A stretch of 32,000 nt of DNA from Candidatus Lokiarchaeum ossiferum. GTDB taxonomy: Archaea; Asgardarchaeota; Lokiarchaeia; Sigyniarchaeales; Promethearchaeaceae. Every line of letters begins with the position of its first letter. The first letter of the stretch is position 1. Both the position numbers and the translations under genes were made by a program. Positions 1 through 7,522 of the stretch are shown piece after piece. Under the pieces are notes generated by a model that saw nothing but the letters and a program-made list of their open reading frames with translations, was not told the origin of the DNA and ran no database searches. Where the stretch lies: NCBI GenBank assembly GCA_025839675.1, contig CP104013.1, forward strand, positions 1,530,001 to 1,562,000, read 5' to 3'.

Positions 1-319
1 GACTAATTGAAACAATTTGGCCATCATAGCCAGTTTCTTCTTTCAATTCTCGAAGAGCTGCTTGTTGAGGAGTTTCACCCTTATCTACCAACCCAGCCGG
101 AAAACTAATTTCTATCTGATTAATAGATGCTCGAGGCTGTGAAATAAATAAAAATTTATTATATCTTCGTGAACGGCAAACTACGGACACAATTTGTCTA
201 TTTTGATTTCGTGAAACATAATCCCATTCTTGTTTATTTCCCGTTTTATCAAGATAAGTAACTTGCTTTAATTCCAACCATTTGGTAGCATACAAATTCT
301 TCGTGCTTTGTACTTTCAT
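1..319 (-). CDS. Nudix hydrolase, ADP-ribose pyrophosphatase-like (C-terminal part runs off the window)
   Basis: Absent from the ORF track because the window edge truncates it. My translation from ATG (319-317) downwards has no stop to base 2: MKVQSTKNLYATKWLELKQVTYLDKTGNKQEWDYVSRNQNRQIVSVVCRSRRYNKFLFISQPRASINQIEISFPAGLVDKGETPQQAALRELKEETGYDGQIVSIS. It contains the Nudix box GX5EX7REUXEEXGU (GLVDKGETPQQAALRELKEETGY). Confidence 0.8.
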   Translation of the reverse strand, partial: MKVQSTKNLYATKWLELKQVTYLDKTGNKQEWDYVSRNQNRQIVSVVCRSRRYNKFLFISQPRASINQIEISFPAGLVDKGETPQQAALRELKEETGYDGQIVSIS

Positions 320-404
320 GACTAATAGTTTTTTTGTGTTCTTAAAAATGTACCTAGGAAATGTTATGTTTTAATTCAATGAAAGTTTTTGGTAGTTGAA
401 CGAG

Positions 405-1340
405 ATGAAGAAAGCGGATTTTAAATACTACGGTTTATTAGTGATCGCAATGTTTTTCTGGGGTTTGAGTTGGCCGCTTGCACAAATCATGGTAGGACAA
501 GCAACTCCATTTCAGGTTGGATTATTCCGCTTCTTAATTGCCAGCTTACTATACATTATCATTTTATTTTGTACTAACTTTAAAATTATCAAGACATATA
601 CCTGGAAATCTGTTAGAGATTTTACAATTCTTGGATTATTAGGTATTTTTGGATATGGTTTTTTATTCTTAACTGCTATGCAATTTACTACATCATCGCA
701 AGGAGCAGCAATCGCAGGAATACAACCAAGCTTAATCGCTATCGCATCCTTTCTTATTTTTGGTGAGAAATTATATCCAAAATGGAAGTATTTTGGGATA
801 TTATTAAGTTTCTTGGGAGTTTTAACAATTATTGGAATTCAATCCTTCATTGAGTTCAATAAAAATCACCTAATTGGTAATTTTATTGTTTTTATTGCCT
901 TTTTATTCTGGTGCGGGTATACTCTTTATGGCAAAAAAATTATGCAAAAATATTCTTCATTAGAAACCACCACTTGGAGTTCTTTTACAGGTATGCTTAT
1001 GTTTGGGGGAGCAGCTTTAATTGAAAATAGATGGTCCCAACTGGTAAATGTCCCAGCAAGTTTTTGGTGGAATATTTTAATTTTAGGAGTATTTACAACG
1101 GTAGTGGGCTTTTTCTTATATTTTTATGTTATTAATAAAATCGGCGCAGTTCGTTCGGGAGTTTTTATCAACTTAGTTCCCGTCTTTGGAACACTCCTAT
1201 CAATAATCATTTTGAACCAAGAAATTACATGGACCCTTTGGATTGGTTTAGTTTTAATTTCTGGGGGAATACTTATCATCAATTATCCCAAAGATTTTTC
1301 AAATAAAGAACAACTCAAAGAGCAAATGATTTTAGATTAG
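405..1340 (+). CDS. EamA/DMT-family membrane transporter
   Basis: About 10 hydrophobic helices in two similar halves, typical of EamA duplication. The track start at 396 is TTG; the first ATG is at 405 (MKKADFKYYGLL...). Confidence 0.85.
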   Translation: MKKADFKYYGLLVIAMFFWGLSWPLAQIMVGQATPFQVGLFRFLIASLLYIIILFCTNFKIIKTYTWKSVRDFTILGLLGIFGYGFLFLTAMQFTTSSQGAAIAGIQPSLIAIASFLIFGEKLYPKWKYFGILLSFLGVLTIIGIQSFIEFNKNHLIGNFIVFIAFLFWCGYTLYGKKIMQKYSSLETTTWSSFTGMLMFGGAALIENRWSQLVNVPASFWWNILILGVFTTVVGFFLYFYVINKIGAVRSGVFINLVPVFGTLLSIIILNQEITWTLWIGLVLISGGILIINYPKDFSNKEQLKEQMILD

Positions 1341-1975
1341 GATAGAATGGATTTTTTTATTAAAATTTGGTAAATTTCGGATGGATTCTTAACGATATAA
1401 GCATCAATACCGATATTTTGAGCACCAATTACATTGTTTGGGACATCATCAAAGAAGAGAGTTCTAGCGGGTTCACAATTAATCTGGTTTAATAATTTTG
1501 AATAAATTTTAGATTCTGGTTTGTGACACTTCATTTCATGAGAACAAAAGATTTGTTTAAAAAATCGAGTTATTTGTGTGAAATGAATTTTCCAGTGGGA
1601 AGCATGCAAAGCATTTGTATTTGAAAGAATATAAAGAGGATATTTTGATTCTAATTGTTCTAAAATTGGAAGAATACCATTAGGAATTCCAAGATGGATA
1701 TTATTCCAGCCTAATTTAAATATGGAGAAATCCCATTCTATCCCTAAAACCTCTGTGAGATAGGTAAAATAATCCATGGAAGAGAGTTTCCCTATTTCAA
1801 AATCATAAAGTACTGAATCAAATTTATAATTCTTTTGAAAAAAATCAAAGGAATATTCGGTTAAATCAGCCCATTTTTCAAATGTTCGAGTGAAAGTGTA
1901 ATTTATAAGAACATTTCCCAAATCAAAGACGATAGCATCATAAGGCAAATTGAGAGTACTAGATTTTTGATCCAC
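1337..1975 (-). CDS. HAD-superfamily hydrolase (subfamily IA-like phosphatase)
   Basis: HAD motifs in order: I 'VFDLGNVL', II 'ILSNTN', III 'CHKPE', IV 'FFDDVPNNVIGA'. GTG start at 1975. Its stop overlaps the convergent EamA stop by 4 nt. Confidence 0.8.
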   Translation of the reverse strand: MDQKSSTLNLPYDAIVFDLGNVLINYTFTRTFEKWADLTEYSFDFFQKNYKFDSVLYDFEIGKLSSMDYFTYLTEVLGIEWDFSIFKLGWNNIHLGIPNGILPILEQLESKYPLYILSNTNALHASHWKIHFTQITRFFKQIFCSHEMKCHKPESKIYSKLLNQINCEPARTLFFDDVPNNVIGAQNIGIDAYIVKNPSEIYQILIKKSILS

Positions 1976-1992
1976 AAAATAGCTAGGAAGCC

Positions 1993-2006
1993 TAAATATT
2001 TAAATA
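1993..2006. promoter_or_regulatory. TATA-like A/T palindrome in a divergent intergenic region
   Basis: 'TAAATATTTAAATA' is centred about 25 nt upstream of the minus-strand GTG at 1975. That spacing fits an archaeal TATA box driving a leaderless mRNA. A near-identical element sits at 4701-4714. Confidence 0.35.
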
Positions 2007-2082
2007 GATTCGATTATATTATTTTCGAAATTATGAAAATTTGTTTTTTGATGAATAAAAAAAAAATTGGGAGAATACATCT

Positions 2083-2973
2083 ATGTACAAATTAATATAC
2101 GCCTTTAGAAGCACAAAAATTGATTTTCGCACCATTTTACTTGCTGCAAGTATTCGATCTTTTGCAGGCAAGTTAAATGAATGTCCGATTATTATTGCCT
2201 ACAATGATGAGCACACTAAAATTTCACATGAACATCAACAAATTCTCAAGACATTAAATGTCTCTCTTATATCTTTCCAACTTTCAAAGGATTTTCATAA
2301 TGATTTTTTTGCTGATTTTGTCAAAGCTGCTGGAATTATTGAAAAGAAAGTCTATAACGAAACAGAAAATTTAGTCTGGTTAGGCCCTGATACTTTGATC
2401 TTCAAAGAACCCACTCATTTTCTTTTACCTGAAGGCATAAAAATTGGATATCGACCTGTTCACCACATCAACATAGGAAGCCTTTTTGGATCCCCAATCG
2501 ATGACTACTGGAATCTAATTTTTAGATTGTGTGAAGTACCTACGGAACGCTTTTTTCCAATGGAAACTCATGTTGATTTAGATATCATTCGCCCCTATTT
2601 CAATGCTGGATCTATTATAACACGCCCAAAAGAAGGTTTATTTCAAATCTGGTGGGAAAAATATCAACAATGGCACCAAAATAAGGAATATCTTGAACTA
2701 TGTAAAGTTAAACCCGCCAATCGCATTTTTTTCCACCAGGCAATCTTATCGGGATTAATTTTAAACCGATACACAAAGAATTCCTTACTAAAACTTCCAA
2801 AAAATTACAATTATCCTCTGCATCTTCACACACAAAATTCCCGAAAAGATAAGCCCAAAGATTTTGAGGATATGATCACAATTCGGTATGAAAACCGTGA
2901 CATTTTAGAGAATATTGCGCTACCTAATCACATAAAAACATGGATATCAAAAGAATTATCAAAAATCGATTAA
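2083..2973 (+). CDS. hypothetical protein with weak GT-A/GT8-like glycosyltransferase motifs
   Basis: 296-aa ORF with ATG start and GGGAG 11 nt upstream. 'WLGPDTLIF', 'YFNAGSIITRP' and 'HQAILSGLI' loosely resemble the GT8 DxD / FNxG / DQDxLN blocks. The functional call is weak. Confidence 0.5.
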   Translation: MYKLIYAFRSTKIDFRTILLAASIRSFAGKLNECPIIIAYNDEHTKISHEHQQILKTLNVSLISFQLSKDFHNDFFADFVKAAGIIEKKVYNETENLVWLGPDTLIFKEPTHFLLPEGIKIGYRPVHHINIGSLFGSPIDDYWNLIFRLCEVPTERFFPMETHVDLDIIRPYFNAGSIITRPKEGLFQIWWEKYQQWHQNKEYLELCKVKPANRIFFHQAILSGLILNRYTKNSLLKLPKNYNYPLHLHTQNSRKDKPKDFEDMITIRYENRDILENIALPNHIKTWISKELSKID

Positions 2974-3452
2974 CGATCATAGAATAATGTGTGCATATGG
3001 GGTTTAAAACCCAAAGATTTCCAAAATGATTGGGATACTTCATTTTTTTCCGCTACGGAAAGTTCAATCCGAGAAATTTCCTTATCCTTAAGCCAATCAA
3101 GCGCTTTTTTAAATAACTGTTGTCCTATATGATGTCGACGAAATTCATTCAACACAACCGTATCAAATATAGACCCTTTTTTTTTGATTTGATATACAGG
3201 AGGATATAATGTTGTTTTCCCCGAAATATATCCAACTATTCTTTTTGAATTAATTTCTTCTGCAACAAATATAAAAGCACTGTCAGTTTCTGAAAAAAAA
3301 GAATGTGCAAAAGTACGGTAGTTTTCAGTGGCCTCTTTACAAGGGGTAAAAATAGAATCAAGTTGTGAATGAAAACGAGTAAGTTCTTCCCATAAATTAA
3401 CAATAGAATCAATATCTGTTTCTTGGGCTCGGCGAATAAGAAAGGATTTCAT
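2970..3452 (-). CDS. GNAT-family N-acetyltransferase
   Basis: 160 aa. Acetyl-CoA binding motif A is 'RRHHIGQQLFKKALDWL', and the C-terminal 'FWKSLGF' is typical of GNATs. Confidence 0.85.
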   Translation of the reverse strand: MKSFLIRRAQETDIDSIVNLWEELTRFHSQLDSIFTPCKEATENYRTFAHSFFSETDSAFIFVAEEINSKRIVGYISGKTTLYPPVYQIKKKGSIFDTVVLNEFRRHHIGQQLFKKALDWLKDKEISRIELSVAEKNEVSQSFWKSLGFKPHMHTLFYDR

Positions 3453-3500
3453 AAGTATTAGATTAAATTAGAAGGAAAAAAAAGTTTCTTCTGATAGCAT

Positions 3501-4670
3501 CTACTCGGTTGATTCTTGTTTTAGAAATTTTGTTAGATCGGCCAAATTCTTTTTAAGTTTTGCAGTTTCGGATCGAAATCCATCAATGGTTTTTAATATC
3601 TGAGAGTATTTTTGAACAAGATGCTTATATCCGGTCAATTTTTGTAGTTTTACTTTATTTTTGATTAATTCAGTAAGAGATTCTTGGAATTTATCGACCC
3701 AAGAATAAATATAGTTGTCAGAAGCAATGACTGCTTCAAGCATCGCAACCGAGATCGATTCTAAGAAATAAATTCGAGATTTTTGGTAGACTTTAGGATA
3801 ACTTTGAATGATATTCTGTTCCAATAATTGACTTAATTTTCGAGAAATCGTACTCAGAGATAAAGAACATTGTTGTTCAATCAAATTTTGAGTTACTGTA
3901 TGTCTGGTTTGGAGATAATTAAAAGTATGATTTAAAACAGTGTCATTGCTAAAGAAAATATTATTTTCAACATTGTAAGATATGAATATTTTTTCAAGTG
4001 CAACTAATTCTGGAGGAAATTCGATTATTTCCTTTTCTTTTTTCAAAGATCGGATATTTTCGGAGAAGAAGTCATATTTTTTCTCTTCAGAAATTGTTCT
4101 TCGTTGAACTTCAATATAATTGCGAACCCCATTAATTCGTTGAGACAAAAACTGCGATTTTTGCGGATATTGTAAAGAAAATTCAGATATTTGGTTCTGT
4201 AAATTTATGAGAAACTCATCCAACACTTCCAAATCACGCACAATTAAAGAGAAATCTTGATACACGAAATTTATAACATCAGATTTTAACTTATAGCAAA
4301 ATTTATGAGTGCTTGGTATATGACCACGAGTAAGAATATTCCCTTGGATCAGACTTCGCAAGGTGGTGGAAATTGTGCTGGTAGAAAATGCTTTCTGGTT
4401 TTTCTTTTGATTTTTTGTATTTTCAACAAATGTGGTTTGTGTTAAATCTCTTAATGATTCTTGAGTAAGTGCATCGTAAATTTGCATATAACCAAAAATT
4501 TCCGTGGTAGTATGATCTAAACTTGAAATTCGTGCAATGTTTACGAAAAAACTTAAGAGACGCTGCTCATATTCTTTTAGAGGGCCATCTAAGATTGGAT
4601 CAATCATTCTTGTCATCTGATTATTATAGTTTTGGTTAAAATTATTTCTAGTTGTGATTCCATTATTCAT
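3501..4670 (-). CDS. putative transcription regulator with two winged-helix domains and a coiled-coil tail
   Basis: 389 aa. The N-terminal GbsR/MarR(COG1510)-like pattern is 'LLSFFVNIARISSLDHTTTEIFGYMQIYDALTQESL...FSTSTISTTLRSLIQGNILTRG'. A second wHTH is 'LSLSTISRKLSQLLEQNIIQSY...RIYFLES'. The C-terminus is Lys/Leu-rich and helical. Confidence 0.65.
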   Translation of the reverse strand: MNNGITTRNNFNQNYNNQMTRMIDPILDGPLKEYEQRLLSFFVNIARISSLDHTTTEIFGYMQIYDALTQESLRDLTQTTFVENTKNQKKNQKAFSTSTISTTLRSLIQGNILTRGHIPSTHKFCYKLKSDVINFVYQDFSLIVRDLEVLDEFLINLQNQISEFSLQYPQKSQFLSQRINGVRNYIEVQRRTISEEKKYDFFSENIRSLKKEKEIIEFPPELVALEKIFISYNVENNIFFSNDTVLNHTFNYLQTRHTVTQNLIEQQCSLSLSTISRKLSQLLEQNIIQSYPKVYQKSRIYFLESISVAMLEAVIASDNYIYSWVDKFQESLTELIKNKVKLQKLTGYKHLVQKYSQILKTIDGFRSETAKLKKNLADLTKFLKQESTE

Positions 4671-4700
4671 GAACTTTTTCCCTACTTAATGAAATAAGTT

Positions 4701-4714
4701 TAAATATTTTAAAT
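4701..4714. promoter_or_regulatory. TATA-like A/T palindrome in a divergent intergenic region
   Basis: 'TAAATATTTTAAAT' lies about 35 nt upstream of the minus-strand ATG at 4670. It differs from the element at 1993-2006 by a single extra T over the first 14 positions. Confidence 0.35.
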
Positions 4715-4732
4715 TATTCTGTTTTCGAAAAA

Positions 4733-4760
4733 ATGAAAATATGCGAAATCATATTTTCAT
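4733..4760. promoter_or_regulatory. perfect 10-bp inverted repeat (candidate operator)
   Basis: ATGAAAATAT-gcgaaatc-ATATTTTCAT, 31 nt upstream of the ATG at 4791. It sits between the divergently transcribed wHTH gene and the surface-protein gene. Confidence 0.35.
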
Positions 4761-4790
4761 GACCTTTTTTCGTAGTAGAGTTGATTAATT

Positions 4791-6950
4791 ATGAAACAGA
4801 AAACAAAAAACAAAGTTGAATTTCACAATTTTAAAAGAACATTTTTAAAATGTTCCCTGTTCATATTTCTTGCAATCAATATGACACCATTGTTAGAATC
4901 CATTTCGCTGAGAAATGTGGAAGCTACAGATTCATCATCGGAAGCTCCATACAAAATTCTATTTATCATGGATGAAAATTATGGAGGTAATTGTAAATAT
5001 ATTATTGAAATCTTTGAGAACTATGGATGGGAAGTTACCACCACAGCCACAAAAAAAACAATTATCGGTTGCAGTTATGTGAGTTTTAAAGAGTTTACAG
5101 TCAATAAAACCCTCAGAACGGTAAATTTTCTGGATTATGATTGTATTTCAATCCTGCCAGGTAAAGACCATGAAAATCTAAATAAGAGCGAATCATTTTT
5201 AGATAAGATCCAAGATGCCGTTTACAGTGGAATAATCGTTTCTGCATGGTGTCGTGCAGTACTATTACTTGCACGAGCAAATGTTATTAGGGGGCGCACA
5301 GTTACAGGTAATGATGCAGATAAGGATATCTTAATCGCCGCGGGCGCCACCTTCAAATCTTACTGCCCTCCAATTCGTGACAACAATGTGATTACTTCTG
5401 TTCGTAGCAAATATTATCGACAAGAAACATGCGATCTTATCAAAGATACAGTTGAAAATTACGTTCCTGAGGTTGTTGACTTTTCAACATATTTAGGGGG
5501 TACAGGAGATGAACAAGGTGTTTCTTCAAGGTTAAAATATTTGGGAGATACTGAACTCGATTCTCAAGGAAACATCATTGTTTTAGGGAGAAGTGCGTCC
5601 GCCGATTTTCCGGTAAAAAATGCATTTCAAGAAAACAAATCTAGGGGTATCGATGTCACAATTACCAAATACTCGCCAGGAGGGAAGATAATCTTCTCAA
5701 CCTTCTTTGGAGGTTCCGGCGATGAATGGGGTACGGGATTAGCACTTGATTCTGAAGATAATATTATATTCGGCGGGACAACGACATCACCTGATTTTCC
5801 TCTCAAGAATGCTTATCAAACAGAATTAAAGGGCGGGTCAGAAGCAGAAAATGACATATTTTTCGCTAAATTAAGCAGTGATGGACAAACACTATTTCAT
5901 TCATCCTACTTGGGAGGCACAGACAGTGAGTGGTGTTATGCATTAGCAGTGAGTTCCAATGGAGAGATTGCAGTGGCAGGGTTGACCGATTCCACGGATT
6001 TTCCAATGATGAATCCAATACAAGAAGAAAAAGCAGGATATCATGATATCTATGTAACAAAATTTGATAGCTCTGGACAAGAAATTCTTTTATCAACCTA
6101 TATTGGACAAGCAGGAGGAGATTCATGTCGTGGGTTAGGATTTGATTCTCATGGCAACCTATATGCCACAGGAGAATTAACCGGTTCCGATCTTGCAAAG
6201 GGAGCAGTATTCCAAAGACAGGCAGGAGGAGGATCCGATGCTTTCTTAGCAAAATTCAGTAAGAAAGGGGATCTCAGCTTCCTTACCTATTTAGGAGGAT
6301 CCAATGTTGAACGAGCCACAGATTTGACAATCGACAGTCAAGATAATATAATAGTTACAGGATATACCTACTCGACGAATTTTCCAACCAAGAAAGCCTT
6401 TCAAGACGAAATTGCGGGGTCCTATGATATCTTCGTGACAAAAATAAGTTCCACCGGAATGCGAAAAATATTTTCAACATTCCTAGGAGGAAATAATATC
6501 GATCAAGGACATGCGATAAGTGTTGATAAAGATGATAATATTGTGGTTGTAGGAAGCACAAAGTCCTCTGATTTTCCAATTACAATAGAATCTTTGGCGA
6601 ATCTTACGGGGAAAACGGAAGCATTTATCGTAAAACTATCAAAATCAGGAAAGGAGATGCTTTATTCAACAACAATTGGAGGTGCCCAAGACGATATTGC
6701 AATTGCGACAGTTAGTACTTTAGATTATAGCCAAATAATTGTTGGTTTCACATTCTCAACTAATTTTCCGGTGATCGATGCAACCCAAGACTGTTATGGG
6801 GGAAATTGTGATATCTTTATGACCAAATACTATATGCCCTATGAAAGTTCTTTCACAACTCAAAATTCAATTCCTGGACCATCAATGATACTTATAATTT
6901 CTCTTGGAATTGTGGCAATTGTGTTTTTAATGATAAGTAAAAGTAAGTAA
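4791..6950 (+). CDS. secreted/membrane-anchored DJ-1/PfpI-like domain fused to a 7-repeat SBBP beta-propeller
   Basis: N-terminal hydrophobic signal (CSLFIFLAINMTPLL). The DJ-1/PfpI-like region has a nucleophile-elbow Cys (IVSAWCRAVLLLARANVIRGRTVTG). Seven repeats of the form 'S(T/S)(Y/F)LGG...D' + 'DFP(V/L/M/T)(K/M)NA(F/Y)Q' match the SBBP repeat pattern. C-terminal tail: 'IPGPSMILIISLGIVAIVFLMISKSK'. Confidence 0.8.
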   Translation: MKQKTKNKVEFHNFKRTFLKCSLFIFLAINMTPLLESISLRNVEATDSSSEAPYKILFIMDENYGGNCKYIIEIFENYGWEVTTTATKKTIIGCSYVSFKEFTVNKTLRTVNFLDYDCISILPGKDHENLNKSESFLDKIQDAVYSGIIVSAWCRAVLLLARANVIRGRTVTGNDADKDILIAAGATFKSYCPPIRDNNVITSVRSKYYRQETCDLIKDTVENYVPEVVDFSTYLGGTGDEQGVSSRLKYLGDTELDSQGNIIVLGRSASADFPVKNAFQENKSRGIDVTITKYSPGGKIIFSTFFGGSGDEWGTGLALDSEDNIIFGGTTTSPDFPLKNAYQTELKGGSEAENDIFFAKLSSDGQTLFHSSYLGGTDSEWCYALAVSSNGEIAVAGLTDSTDFPMMNPIQEEKAGYHDIYVTKFDSSGQEILLSTYIGQAGGDSCRGLGFDSHGNLYATGELTGSDLAKGAVFQRQAGGGSDAFLAKFSKKGDLSFLTYLGGSNVERATDLTIDSQDNIIVTGYTYSTNFPTKKAFQDEIAGSYDIFVTKISSTGMRKIFSTFLGGNNIDQGHAISVDKDDNIVVVGSTKSSDFPITIESLANLTGKTEAFIVKLSKSGKEMLYSTTIGGAQDDIAIATVSTLDYSQIIVGFTFSTNFPVIDATQDCYGGNCDIFMTKYYMPYESSFTTQNSIPGPSMILIISLGIVAIVFLMISKSK

Positions 6951-6968
6951 TTGAAACATTTTGTTACC

Positions 6969-6983
6969 TTTTTTTCCCTTTTT
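6969..6983 (+). terminator. oligo-T tract (putative archaeal terminator)
   Basis: T7 then CCC then T5, starting 19 nt after the stop at 6948-6950. Confidence 0.35.
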
Positions 6984-7200
6984 AGAAATGAACTTGATTT
7001 ACTTTGAAATCATAATTCTTTGTATGTGGTTTTCTATGAGAACTCATGTTTAAATAACGAGAATTCAAAAATTGGTTGTAAATTTGATATTCTATTTCAG
7101 GAATTTGAGCATCAGGATGAGTAATTTTATTATTTTCAAATTTCAATAAAGAATTTTTTAAAATCGTTTCAATTTGCGAATTTATATATTCTATACCCAT
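6982..7200 (-). CDS. small hypothetical protein
   Basis: The track ORF 6982-7221 starts at TTG; the first ATG is at 7200 (MGIEYINSQ...). No recognisable motifs, so coding status is uncertain. Confidence 0.3.
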   Translation of the reverse strand: MGIEYINSQIETILKNSLLKFENNKITHPDAQIPEIEYQIYNQFLNSRYLNMSSHRKPHTKNYDFKVNQVHF

Positions 7201-7522
7201 GATAATTAGATCAGAATACAAAGAAAAATATCTTTTGATACAATATTCGTAAGAAATTTAAATATAGAAATTTTTTTCCCAAAAAATGCATTTCTAAACT
7301 TCAATCCTAATTGCTAAAATACAGAACCGCTCAAATTATAAAGAACAATATCAAAAAAATAAGCAGTATTTCGAACGTATTCAGCGAATTTACCTCAAAT
7401 ACAAACTTTAATCAGAAAAGTATGAATTGATTAAAAGCAAAGTTTTTAATATTATTGATTCTCTTTTATGAATAAACAGAACATTCTATTAGAATGCAAA
7501 GATATCGGGTGCGGAAAAACAA

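Noticed and set aside
5866-6579. Antisense ORFs 5866-6252 and 6355-6579 inside the SBBP gene
   Set aside because: They lie fully within a gene that has clear repeat-domain signatures on the + strand. Their composition is Leu/His/Arg-rich and unlike real proteins.
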